In this document: positions 53,287 to 62,245 of the stretch, in pieces
Layout: each line of letters opens with the position of its first letter
Position numbering within the stretch: the stretch's first letter is position 1
Assembly (NCBI GenBank): GCA_963801855.1
Contig: CAWDGK010000003.1
Span: forward strand, 45,066-109,065
DNA: 64,000 nucleotides
Direction: 5' to 3'
Source: an uncultured Actinomycetes bacterium
GTDB taxonomy: Bacteria; Actinomycetota; Thermoleophilia; Gaiellales; Gaiellaceae
Made by a program: the position numbers and the translations under genes
Notes under the pieces: generated by a model
Told to the model about the DNA's origin: nothing
Seen by the model: only the letters and a program-made list of their open reading frames with translations
Database searches by the model: none

Positions 53287-54525
53287 TCAGGCTGGCCGAA
53301 GCAGGCGGGCGATGAAGAATCCGGAGGTCCGGTCTCGGTGGGGCAAGGTGAGCAGGATGCCCTTCCGATGTGGATGCTCGTACTGCGGCCATGTCTCGGC
53401 GAGAGACGGATCGAGAGCGAGCCCATTCGCCTGGTCCGAAACGATTGCGTCCACCACGTCCTCGTTCTCCTCCTTCGCGATCGTGCAGACGGAGTAGAGG
53501 ACGGTTCCACCCGGCTTCACGCGCTCGGCGGCGACCCGGAGCAGCTCGAGCTGGAGCCCCGGCAGGGGGCGGGCGCGCCACCGAAGATCCGGACGGGCCG
53601 CGAGCACGCCGAGGCCGGAGCACGGCGCGTCGACGAGCACCCGGTCGAATCCGGTCAGCTCGGGAGGCAACTCGCGGGCGTCCGCGATCACGACCGTGAC
53701 GTTCGTGGCTCCCAGGAGGCGCGCATTCACCTCGAGCTCCCGGGCCCGTGCGGGATGGAGCTCGACAGCCACGACCTCCGCCGCCTTCGCCGCCAGTTGC
53801 GTCGCCTTGCCGCCCGGAGCCGCGCAGAGGTCGAGCACTCGCTCTCCCGGCTGAACCCCGACCGCCTCGCCGGCAAGCTGCGACGCTCGACTCTGGGGCC
53901 AGACGAGACCCTGCTCGAGCTCCTCCGGGTCGATTCGATCGACGACGCGCGGCTCGCCGGTCGCGACCACCCTCACGGCCGTTTCCGGCGGCTCGTTCTG
54001 CGCCCTCATGAGCGCAAGCGCCTCCTCTTCCCCCCACTCGCTCCACCAGGTCTCCGCGACCCAGTCCGGGTAGGAGTGCTTGAGCGCGGCCTGGGGCGCG
54101 GTCGACTCGGGGAGCGCCTTCAGTAGCGGGCGGATCCCCTCTGCGAGCCGGCGAGCGACAGCGTTCGAGAATCCAGCGGCCCGCCATGCAGGCGTCCCTT
54201 TCACGAGCTCGACGACCTCGTTGACGGTCGCCCGGGGCGGAACGCCGCCCAGGTAGCCGAGCTCGTACGCGCCGAGCCGGATCGCCGCGCGCACGGGCGG
54301 GTCGATCGCGCTCGCCGGCCTCCCGCCCAGCTGCTCGATCGCATGGTCGAGGACCCGGGCCATCTGGATCGCGCCGTACGCGATCCGCTGTGCGAACGCG
54401 CGGTCGCGCGCGTCGAGGTCCTTGGCCTCGGACGCAAAGGCGCGGTCGGCGTAGGCGTCCTCCTCGAACACACGCATCAGGACGCTGTGCGCGACTCGTC
54501 TGGCGGGGCTAGCGCCGGATGCCAC
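53287..54525 (-). CDS. rsmB: 16S rRNA (cytosine-C5)-methyltransferase RsmB/Sun
   Basis: It has a NusB-like N-terminal part, the SAM motif LDLCAAPGGKA, and the catalytic motifs DAPCSGLGV and YSVCT. Confidence 0.88.
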   Translation of the reverse strand: MASGASPARRVAHSVLMRVFEEDAYADRAFASEAKDLDARDRAFAQRIAYGAIQMARVLDHAIEQLGGRPASAIDPPVRAAIRLGAYELGYLGGVPPRATVNEVVELVKGTPAWRAAGFSNAVARRLAEGIRPLLKALPESTAPQAALKHSYPDWVAETWWSEWGEEEALALMRAQNEPPETAVRVVATGEPRVVDRIDPEELEQGLVWPQSRASQLAGEAVGVQPGERVLDLCAAPGGKATQLAAKAAEVVAVELHPARARELEVNARLLGATNVTVVIADARELPPELTGFDRVLVDAPCSGLGVLAARPDLRWRARPLPGLQLELLRVAAERVKPGGTVLYSVCTIAKEENEDVVDAIVSDQANGLALDPSLAETWPQYEHPHRKGILLTLPHRDRTSGFFIARLLRPA

Positions 54526-55301
54526 GCTCGAACTCGGCCAGCGTCATGCGGCGACCGCCCTCCGGCTGGACTTCAAGGACTTCGAGGCGGCCGTCGGCGC
54601 CGACCCGCGTTCGCCAGACGATCACGGGACGATCGTGGAGCTGACCCCGCGCGCCGATGTGCGGGGAGAGAGCGCGGACCCGGTCGTGCAGCTCCTTTGC
54701 CGGCCGGGACCGGTCGAGGAGCCGATCCGCGGGCCCGATCTTCTCGGCGTACGTCGCCTCGCCTTCCTGCTCCTGGAACTCCTGCGACTCGAGCACACGC
54801 TCCACGAGACCCGGCGCAACCTGGGCGGCCCGGTCGTAGACGGCTCCTGCGTCGTCGTCCGGGCCGATCGAAAACGGCTCGACGGCGCCGACCGGTCCCG
54901 CGTCGAGCTCCTCCACCAGCCGGATCACTGTGACTCCTGTCTCGGTGTCCCCCGCCATGATCGCCCGCTCGACTGGCGCTGCCCCGCGCCAGCGCGGCAA
55001 CAGGGATGGATGGACGTTGAGCCAGAGCGCCTGCTCGAGGAGCTCGGACGGGATCAGCGCCCCGTAGTCGACCAGCAGCACGGCATCCGCGTCGAGCTCG
55101 AAAGCCCCCGAGCCGCTCGGGCTGCTGAACGGCGATGCCGAGCTCCGCGGCCGCGTCCTTCGCGGCCGGCGCGGCCAGTTCGCGACCTCGCCCCTTGGGG
55201 CGGTCCGGACGGGTCAGCACGTACTCGACGGGCCGGCGGGCCGCGACCTCGCGGAGGATGCTCGCGCCGAACGGCCCCGTGGCCGCGACGGCCAGGCGCA
55301 C
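54509..55301 (-). pseudogene. fmt: Methionyl-tRNA formyltransferase with one frame disruption near 55100
   Basis: The N-terminal part in ORF 54573..55301 (MRLAVAATGPFGASIL...LTRPDRPKGRGRE...IAVQQPERLGGF) joins ORF 54509..55081 (ELDADAVLLVDYGALIP...NVHPSLLPRWRGAAPV) if one nucleotide is removed at GGC TT[T] C GAG. The GTG start shares 1 nt with the def stop. Confidence 0.88.
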
Positions 55302-55882
55302 TACGGAGTCAGGACGGCCTTCGGCCGCAGGTGGGCGAGCGCCGCCTTCCGCGCCTCGTCGGTCGTGTGATCCAGGATGAGGACGCCGTCGAGGTGGTCG
55401 AGCTCGTGCTGAACCACGCGTGCCGCATGCTCGGTCAGCTCGATCGAGAGCTCGCCGCCTTCGAGATCGCGACCCTCGAGCCGAACCGACGTCGCACGCT
55501 CGACGGGCATCTGGACGCCGATCAGCGAGAGGCAGCCCTCGTCCTCCACCGCCTTCTCGTCGGACGTGTCGGCGAGTCTCGGGTTCACGACCGCCAACGG
55601 ATCCCCGTCCGAATCCGGCTGGAAGACGAAGACGCGGCGGATGATTCCGACCTGGGTCGCAGCAAGCCCGACGCCGCTCGCGTCGCGCATCAGCTGGGTC
55701 ATCCGCTCGGCAAGCCGCCTCAGGTCGCCGTCGAAGGTCTCGACCTCGCGCGCCTGCATGCGCAGCACGGGGTCGGGGTATTGCCGGATCTGGCCGAGCG
55801 CGAGCCGGCGGCGGGCTTCCGCCTCGGGATCGCGCTCTTCGGGCCCTTCCGCCTCGACGTCGTCTACTTCGTTTTCGGCCAT
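55301..55882 (-). CDS. def: Peptide deformylase
   Basis: It has the motifs GVGLAATQVG, EGCLS and HELDHLDG, plus an acidic ~25 aa N-terminal extension. Confidence 0.92.
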   Translation of the reverse strand: MAENEVDDVEAEGPEERDPEAEARRRLALGQIRQYPDPVLRMQAREVETFDGDLRRLAERMTQLMRDASGVGLAATQVGIIRRVFVFQPDSDGDPLAVVNPRLADTSDEKAVEDEGCLSLIGVQMPVERATSVRLEGRDLEGGELSIELTEHAARVVQHELDHLDGVLILDHTTDEARKAALAHLRPKAVLTP

Positions 55883-55895
55883 GACTGCAATCTAC

Positions 55896-57824
55896 TCAGA
55901 GGCTCTGGGGATCGACGTCGACTGTCGCACTGACTCCAAGCTTCCGCATCTCCGGCGCAGCCGCAGCGAGCAGGCGCGCCGACCGCGAGGCCACGGCGCG
56001 GACACGATCGGTCTTCGCCAGGAGCTGCGCTCGATGGTGGCCTCGAAGCCGGAGGAGTGGCGCCGGCCCGAGCACGCGCGCCTCCTCCGAGGCGAGCCCC
56101 GACGCGATCTCGGCGAGCAGGCGCATGGGGTCGCGCTCGTCCGGGCCGGCCGCGACGACTCGAACGAGGTGGCCGAATGGCGGATAGCCGAGCTCCCGGC
56201 GCCGCTCGAGCTCCTCGGCGAGGAATCGGGCGACGTCGTGCCGGGCCGCATGCACGATCGGCCGCGCGTCCGGCTGAAACGTCTGGACGATGACCCGGCC
56301 CGGCGCATCGCGACCGCTTCTTCCTGCGAGCTGCGTCACGAGCTGGAACGTCCGTTCTTCGGCCCGGAAATCCGGCATGGCGAGCCCGGTGTCCGCATCG
56401 ACGACCGCCGCGAGGGCGACGCCGGCGAAGTGGTGGCCCTTCGCGACCATCTGGGTCCCGACCAGGACCGCCCGATCTGTCTCGGCGAACCTGCGGAGAG
56501 CGGCGGCGAGCTCGCCGGGCCGGCGAACGGAGTCGGCGTCGAGCCGGATCCGCTCGAGCCCCGGAACCTTCTGCGCCAGCTCCTTCTCGAGCTTCTGGGT
56601 GCCCGCGCCGATGCGGGTGAGCTCGGGTGAGCCGCACTCAGGGCAAGCCTCACCCGTCTCCTCGGCGTGGGAGCAGTGGTGGCAGTGGAGGCGTCCGTCG
56701 GAGTGGAGCACGAGCGCGACGTCGCAGTTCGGGCACCGGCGGGTCTTGCCGCATGCACGGCAGTGAAGAGCAGGGGCGATCCCGCGCCGGTTCAGCAGGA
56801 GGATCGCCTTGCCGCCGTTCTCCTCGAGCGCCGCGAGCTCGGCGAGGAGCGGTGCCGAGAGCGGATAGCCCGCTTCCCGGCGGAGGTCGACGACCTTGAC
56901 GACCGGGAGCGGGCCGGCGAGGCGCTCGCCGAGCTCGAGCCGTTCCAGCGCCTGCCAGCTCTCGGGCCGCGGAGTCGCGGTTCCGAAGATGGCTACGGCG
57001 CCTTCGAGCCCGGCTCGCTTGGCGGCGACGGTGCGCGCGTCGTAACGGGGGTCGGACTCCTGTTTGTAGGAGGGGTCGTGCTCCTCGTCGACGCAGACGA
57101 CGCCGAGCCGGGCGACCGGCGCGAAGACGGCCGACCGCGCGCCGACGACGACAGGCGCAGCCCCGCTCGCGATTCGGGCGCGCTCGTCGCGCCGCTCTGC
57201 CTCCGTGAGCCCCGAATGGAGAATGGCGACGCGGTCACCGAATCGCGCGCGCAGCCGGCCCACGGTTTGCGGGGCAAGCGCGATCTCGGGGACGAGGACG
57301 ATCGCGCTGCGCCCTCGCTCGAGCGCCGCGGCACAGGCCTGGAGATAGACCTCGGTCTTGCCGCTTCCCGTCGCACCCTGGAGCAGGAAGTTGCCGCCGC
57401 CGGAGTCCATCGCCTCGACGATGCGCTCGAGCGACCGTTGCTGACTCTCGCTCAACGAGTCTGGCTCGGCCTCGCCGCCGAGCGCGTCCCGCTCGCCGGG
57501 CGAGGGCCTTTCGCCGCGAGCTTTCCGCTTCAGCGGCGCGACGAGCTCGAGGGCGCGGGCGGGTGTCGAGCCGTAGTAGTCGGCCAACCAGAGTGCGAGG
57601 TCGACGAGCGGCCCGGGCAGCTGGTCGACGACGTCCCCGACGGGCACCGCCTTGACGCCTTCCGGCGGGCTCTCCTCGAGCCCGACGACGACTCCACGAC
57701 GTCGTGCCCCGTTGAAAAAGAGCGAAACGACCGCGCCCTTTCCGACGTCCTCCGGCACTTCGTAGGTGAAGGGTCGGGCAACCGCCCGTGAGGACACGAG
57801 CGGATACACCGACGCGTACGGCAC
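55896..57824 (-). CDS. priA: Primosomal protein N' (replication restart helicase PriA)
   Basis: I placed the start at GTG 57824 (VPYASVYPLVSSRAVARPFTYEVP). It has GATGSGKTEVY, DEEHD and the Cys4-Cys4 zinc region CRACG..CPNC...CHHC..CPEC. The ORF part upstream of 57824 is antisense to the ABC ATPase gene. Confidence 0.9.
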   Translation of the reverse strand: MPYASVYPLVSSRAVARPFTYEVPEDVGKGAVVSLFFNGARRRGVVVGLEESPPEGVKAVPVGDVVDQLPGPLVDLALWLADYYGSTPARALELVAPLKRKARGERPSPGERDALGGEAEPDSLSESQQRSLERIVEAMDSGGGNFLLQGATGSGKTEVYLQACAAALERGRSAIVLVPEIALAPQTVGRLRARFGDRVAILHSGLTEAERRDERARIASGAAPVVVGARSAVFAPVARLGVVCVDEEHDPSYKQESDPRYDARTVAAKRAGLEGAVAIFGTATPRPESWQALERLELGERLAGPLPVVKVVDLRREAGYPLSAPLLAELAALEENGGKAILLLNRRGIAPALHCRACGKTRRCPNCDVALVLHSDGRLHCHHCSHAEETGEACPECGSPELTRIGAGTQKLEKELAQKVPGLERIRLDADSVRRPGELAAALRRFAETDRAVLVGTQMVAKGHHFAGVALAAVVDADTGLAMPDFRAEERTFQLVTQLAGRSGRDAPGRVIVQTFQPDARPIVHAARHDVARFLAEELERRRELGYPPFGHLVRVVAAGPDERDPMRLLAEIASGLASEEARVLGPAPLLRLRGHHRAQLLAKTDRVRAVASRSARLLAAAAPEMRKLGVSATVDVDPQSL

Positions 57825-57849
57825 GGCGGCCAGCGTACTGGCGCCCTCT

Positions 57850-57867
57850 TGTAAGGTGCCCCTTACA
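57850..57867. promoter_or_regulatory. 18 bp palindrome TGTAAGG-tgcc-CCTTACA, candidate DtxR-family operator
   Basis: Read directly from the sequence. It abuts the ATG at 57867 of the ABC ATPase gene and lies 26 nt from the divergent priA start. A second copy lies at 58901..58918. Confidence 0.6.
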
Positions 57868-58886
57868 TGGACTGCGGAATGGTGTGCGCGCACGACGTCT
57901 CGAAGCGCTTCGGCGACGTCGCTGCCGTGGACGGCGCCGACCTGTGCGTCGAGCGCGGCGAGTTCGTCGCGCTTCTCGGCCCGAGCGGATGTGGGAAGAC
58001 GACGCTGCTCCGCCTGATCGCGGGCTTCGAGCGGCCGGACACGGGCACGGTCGCCATCGCAGGGCGGCGCGTCGCCGGTGGCACCTGGGTCGCCCCCGAG
58101 CGCCGCAATGTGGGCATGGTGTTCCAGGACTACGCCCTCTTCCCGCACCTCACGGTGGCGGAGAACGTCGGCTTCGGACTGACCCGGAGCGACCGGTCCT
58201 CCCGGGTCGCCGACGCGCTGGCCCTGGTCGGCCTCGCCGGTCTCGACGCGCGCTACCCGGCCGAGCTGTCGGGCGGGCAGCAGCAGCGAGTCGCCCTCGC
58301 CCGCGCTCTCGCGCCGCGGCCGGGAGTCGTCCTTCTCGACGAGCCGTGGAGCAACATCGACCCGCTCATGCGCGCCTCGATGCGCGACGAGCTCTGCTCG
58401 ATTCTCAGGGAAGCCGACGTGACCGTCGTGCTGGTCACGCACGAGCGCGAAGAGGCCTTTTCCCTCGCCGACAGGATCGCGCTGATGCAGGGTGGGACGA
58501 TCGTCCAGGCCGGCTCGCCCGAGGAGATCTACTTCGAGCCCGCCAGCCGCTGGGCCGCCGAGTTCGTCGGCGCGGCCAACCTGGTCGCGGGACGCCTCGC
58601 CGGCGGCCATGTCGAGACCGCGATCGGCGATTTCGCAGCCGAGTGCGGCAACGGGCACGCGCCGGTCGACGTGCTCGTCCGGCCGGAGCTGATCGAGTTG
58701 CGGCCCGATCCGGCGGGCGCGGGATTCGTCGTCGGCCGCGAGTTCCGGGGTCACGACGTCTTCTACCGCGTCCGGTTGGACGACGGCAGCGAGCTCTGCT
58801 CGCACCGTCCCTCGACGGAACGGGTCTCGCTCGGAGACCGGGTTGCAGTCGTCCCCCACGCAGGTCGCGTCGCCATCTTCGACTGA
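57867..58886 (+). CDS. ABC transporter ATP-binding protein (FbpC/PotA-like, iron(III)-type importer)
   Basis: It has GPSGCGKTT, LSGGQQQRVALARAL, VLLDEP and a C-terminal TOBE-like domain. The start may be ATG 57867 or ATG 57879. Confidence 0.88.
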   Translation: MDCGMVCAHDVSKRFGDVAAVDGADLCVERGEFVALLGPSGCGKTTLLRLIAGFERPDTGTVAIAGRRVAGGTWVAPERRNVGMVFQDYALFPHLTVAENVGFGLTRSDRSSRVADALALVGLAGLDARYPAELSGGQQQRVALARALAPRPGVVLLDEPWSNIDPLMRASMRDELCSILREADVTVVLVTHEREEAFSLADRIALMQGGTIVQAGSPEEIYFEPASRWAAEFVGAANLVAGRLAGGHVETAIGDFAAECGNGHAPVDVLVRPELIELRPDPAGAGFVVGREFRGHDVFYRVRLDDGSELCSHRPSTERVSLGDRVAVVPHAGRVAIFD

Positions 58887-58900
58887 TCGCTCCTCGCTCT

Positions 58901-58918
58901 TGTAAGGTCACCCTTACA
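58901..58918. promoter_or_regulatory. 18 bp palindrome TGTAAGG-tcac-CCTTACA, candidate DtxR-family operator
   Basis: Read directly from the sequence. It lies 33 nt upstream of the substrate-binding protein ATG (58952), which has an AAGGAGG box. The flank ctcTTGTAAGGT is shared with the copy at 57850. Confidence 0.6.
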
Positions 58919-58951
58919 CACGGTGTCAGGGATACCTAACAAGGAGGCAGA

Positions 58952-59968
58952 ATGAAGTCTTGGGTGCTCCTCGGGGCCGTGGCGTTTGCGCTCGCCGGTT
59001 GCGGCGGCGATGACGGCACGGGCTCGGGCGAAGGGAAGCTGACGATCTACTCGGGCCGCGAGGAAGAGCTCGTCGCCCCGCTGATCGAGCAGTTCGAGAA
59101 GTCGAGCGGCATCGACGCCGAGGTTCGATACGGAGAGAGCGCGGAGCTCGCTGCGACGATCGCCGAAGAGGGAGACAACACGCCGGCCGACGTGTTCTTC
59201 GCGCAGGATCCAGGCTCACTGGGTGCGGTCGAGAGCGAAGGCCTCCTCGCCGAGCTGCCGGAGGAAGTCCTGGCGCTCGTGGACGAGCGGTACCGCGACT
59301 CGGACGGCCGCTGGGTGGGGACGAGCGGTCGAGTCCGCGTCATCGCCTACAACACGGAGGAGGTCCCCGAGCAGGAGGTTCCCGAATCGGTCTTCGAGCT
59401 GACGGACCCCCGGTGGAAGGGGAAGGTCGGGATCGCGCCGACGAACGGCTCCTTCCAGGCGTTCGTGACCGCCATGCGGTTGACGGCCGGCGAGGACAGG
59501 ACACGTGAATGGCTCGAGGGCATGAAGGCAAACGGCGCGAGGCTCTACGAGAAGAACACACCGATCGTCGAAGCCGTCGCCGCGGGAGAGCTGGAGCTCG
59601 GCCTCGTCAACCACTACTACCTCAGCCTGGTGAAGGAGGAGAGCCCGGACGCGCCGGTCGCCAACTCCTACCTCTCGTCGAACGACCCGGGCGCGCTCGT
59701 GAGCGCGGCGGGCGTGGCGATCCTGGACGCCTCGGACAACGAGGACGCAGCACGCGAGTTCGTCGAATATCTCCTGTCCGAGGAGGGCCAGCGGTTCTAC
59801 GTCGAGGACGCGGAGGAGTCGGAGTACCCGCTGATCGAAGGCGTCGCACCGAAGGAGGGCTTGCCGCCCCTCGACGAGATCCAGGGGCCTGACGTCGAGC
59901 TCGACCAGTTCGGCGCCGAACTGGAGAAGACCCTCGAGCTCCTGAACGAGGTCGGCCTGACGACATGA
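58952..59968 (+). CDS. ABC transporter substrate-binding lipoprotein (FbpA/AfuA-like iron(III) binding)
   Basis: It has the lipobox LAGCGG and a typical periplasmic binding protein composition. The stop overlaps the permease start (ATGA). Confidence 0.82.
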   Translation: MKSWVLLGAVAFALAGCGGDDGTGSGEGKLTIYSGREEELVAPLIEQFEKSSGIDAEVRYGESAELAATIAEEGDNTPADVFFAQDPGSLGAVESEGLLAELPEEVLALVDERYRDSDGRWVGTSGRVRVIAYNTEEVPEQEVPESVFELTDPRWKGKVGIAPTNGSFQAFVTAMRLTAGEDRTREWLEGMKANGARLYEKNTPIVEAVAAGELELGLVNHYYLSLVKEESPDAPVANSYLSSNDPGALVSAAGVAILDASDNEDAAREFVEYLLSEEGQRFYVEDAEESEYPLIEGVAPKEGLPPLDEIQGPDVELDQFGAELEKTLELLNEVGLTT

Positions 59969-61551
59969 GCGGAGGCCCACGGCGAGCCCGCCCACCGCTT
60001 GCTCTTGCGGCGGCTGGGCTCGCCGTCGTCGCCTTCCTGTCGCTTCCGCTCGTCTATCTCGTCCTCCGGGCGGTCTCGGGCGACGCGTGGGACGTCCTCG
60101 TCTCCGGCAACCTCGGCCGGCTGATCTGGGAGACCGGCGTGCTGGTCGCGCTCGTGACGCTCAGCGCCCTCGCGCTCGGCGTGCCGCTGGCCTGGCTGGT
60201 CGTGCGATCCGATCTGCCTGGAAGCGCGATCTGGGGCACCGCGGCTGCTCTTCCTCTGGTTGTTCCCAGCTACGTCGCCGCGCTCGTGTTGCTCGCGGCG
60301 TTCGGGCCGCGCGGACTGCTCCAGCGGGTCCTGGAGCCGCTGGGCGTGGAGCGGGTGCCCGAGATCTACGGGCTGCCTGGCGCCTGGCTCGCGTTGACCG
60401 TCTCCACGTACCCGTTCGTGTTTCTCCTCGCGGCCTCCGCCCTCCGCTCGCTCGATCCGGCGCTCGAGGATGCGGCGCGCGGGCTGGGCCGTTCGCCCTT
60501 CGACGCCTTCCGGCGGGTGACACTTCCCGTTCTCCGGCCCTCACTCGGCGCCGGCGCGCTGCTCGTCGCGCTGTACGTCCTCTCGGACTTCGGCGCGGTC
60601 TCGCTCATGCAGTACGACTCGCTGACCCGCGCGATCTTTCTCCAGTACCGCTCTCTCTTCGATCGAGCTCCTGCGGCCATGCTCGCGCTCGTGCTCGTCG
60701 TGCTGACCGGCCTCGTGCTCGTACTCGAGCTCAGGATGCGCGGCCGCGCTCTTGCCCGCTACCAGCGGACGGGGACGGGCGCCGCGAGACGATCCACGCG
60801 CGTCGCGCTTGGCCGCTGGCGCTGGCCCGCGCTCGCGTTCTGCTCCTTGGTGGTCGGGTTCGCGCTCGTGGTGCCGGTCGCAGTCCTCGTCTACTGGGCG
60901 GCAGGTCGCTCCGAGGCCGTCGACTGGAGCTGGGAGCCGGTCGTCGGCTCCGTCAGCGTCTCGCTCGTCGCTGCGGCTGTGGCCGTCCTGGCGACCCTGC
61001 CGGTGGCGATCCTCGCCGTTCGCTACCCGTCCGGCTGGACGACCGCGCTCGAACGGCTCTCCTACGCAGGAAACGCGCTGCCCGGAATCGTGATCGCGCT
61101 CGCGCTCGTGTTCTTCGCGGCCAACTACGCGGCGCCGCTCTACCAGACACTCGCCTTGCTGGTATTTGCGTACGTCGTGCGCTTCTTTCCGCAGGCGCTC
61201 GCCGGCTCGCACTCGGCGCTCGTCCGGGTGAGCCCACGCCTCGAGGAGGCCGCCCGGGGGCTCGGTCGGAGCCCGGGTGCGGTCTTTGCACGGGTCACGG
61301 CACCGCTCGTCGCACCGGGCTTGCTCGCAGGCGGCGCGCTCGTCTTCCTCAGCACGATGAAGGAGCTGCCCGCGACGCTGCTCCTGAGGCCGATCGGCTT
61401 CGAGACGCTCGCCACGGAGGTCTGGAAGTACACCTCGGTCGCCTCGTACTCGCAGGCGGCGCTCCCGGCGCTCGTCCTGATCGTCGTGTCCGCGCCGTTC
61501 GTCTACCTGCTCGGCGTCCGCTCGGGATCGGAGACGGGGCCGCCCGGGTAG
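59965..61551 (+). CDS. ABC transporter permease, duplicated 6-TM type (FbpB-like)
   Basis: 528 aa and hydrophobic. There are two EAA-type loops (LEDAARGLGRSPFDAFRRVTLP and LEEAARGLGRSPGAVFARVTAP). Confidence 0.88.
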   Translation: MSGGPRRARPPLALAAAGLAVVAFLSLPLVYLVLRAVSGDAWDVLVSGNLGRLIWETGVLVALVTLSALALGVPLAWLVVRSDLPGSAIWGTAAALPLVVPSYVAALVLLAAFGPRGLLQRVLEPLGVERVPEIYGLPGAWLALTVSTYPFVFLLAASALRSLDPALEDAARGLGRSPFDAFRRVTLPVLRPSLGAGALLVALYVLSDFGAVSLMQYDSLTRAIFLQYRSLFDRAPAAMLALVLVVLTGLVLVLELRMRGRALARYQRTGTGAARRSTRVALGRWRWPALAFCSLVVGFALVVPVAVLVYWAAGRSEAVDWSWEPVVGSVSVSLVAAAVAVLATLPVAILAVRYPSGWTTALERLSYAGNALPGIVIALALVFFAANYAAPLYQTLALLVFAYVVRFFPQALAGSHSALVRVSPRLEEAARGLGRSPGAVFARVTAPLVAPGLLAGGALVFLSTMKELPATLLLRPIGFETLATEVWKYTSVASYSQAALPALVLIVVSAPFVYLLGVRSGSETGPPG

Positions 61552-61561
61552 GCTGCCTGCG

Positions 61562-62245
61562 ATGGCGCAGGGGCACTCCGTCGACGAATACCTGGAGACG
61601 ATCTACTTCCTCGCCTTCCCGATCGGCGAGTACCGGCCCCTCAACACCGGCTCGCCCACGCTCGCCTCGCGTGTGGCCGAGATGCTCGGCGTCTCCCGCG
61701 CTTCGGCCGGCGAGATGCTGAAGCGCCTCGAAGCCGAAGGGCTGATCGAGCGCGGCGAGCAGAAAGAGGCAGTGTTGACCGCCTCCGGCCGGACGCGCGC
61801 GGAAGGCGTCGTGCGGAAGCATCGGATCATCGAGCGGCTCCTGACGGACTTCATGGGCTACAGCGCGGCGGAGGCTCACGTCCACGCTGACGAGCTCGGC
61901 GACACATTCAACGACGACATGGTCGAGCGCATCGCCACCAAGCTGGGAAACCCGGAGCGCTGCCCCCACGGCTGGCCGGTGGAGCCCGACGTGGAGCGCG
62001 CCGAGAACGATGAGCTGATCGCGCTCGCCGAGCTGGACGCCGGCGCGAAGGCGACGATCATCCGCCTCGCGGAGCACGACGGCGACCTGCTCCACTGGTT
62101 CTACGACCAGGGCTTCGAGCCCGGCCGCGAGCTCCAGATGACCGCTGCGGACCCGTCGGCGGGCAGCTTCCGCGTCAAGCTGAACGGCCGCGAGGCGACG
62201 GTCGCCGAGAAGGCGGCCGCCGGGCTCTTCGTCAGGCCGTCGTAG
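61562..62245 (+). CDS. DtxR/IdeR/MntR-family metal-dependent transcriptional repressor with C-terminal FeoA/SH3-like domain
   Basis: It has the winged-helix region VSRASAGEMLKRLEAEGLIER, the dimerisation/metal-site region RKHRIIERLLTDFMGY...AHVHADELGDTF...CPHG, and a C-terminal SH3-like domain. Confidence 0.88.
   Translation: MAQGHSVDEYLETIYFLAFPIGEYRPLNTGSPTLASRVAEMLGVSRASAGEMLKRLEAEGLIERGEQKEAVLTASGRTRAEGVVRKHRIIERLLTDFMGYSAAEAHVHADELGDTFNDDMVERIATKLGNPERCPHGWPVEPDVERAENDELIALAELDAGAKATIIRLAEHDGDLLHWFYDQGFEPGRELQMTAADPSAGSFRVKLNGREATVAEKAAAGLFVRPS

Noticed and set aside
57850-57867. Calling the palindromes canonical IdeR iron boxes
   Set aside because: The half-site TAAGGT and the spacing resemble the TTAGGTTAGGCTAACCTAA consensus but do not match it. 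I therefore describe them only as candidate DtxR-family operators with the metal unspecified.
57825-58859. N-terminal 345 codons of the 987 aa minus-strand ORF 55896..58859 (an apparent very long PriA)
   Set aside because: This part is antisense to a clear ABC ATPase gene (Walker A, signature and Walker B motifs on the plus strand) and has a shadow-type composition. PriA homology begins at VPYASVYPLVSSRAVARPFTYEVP, so I placed the start at GTG 57824.
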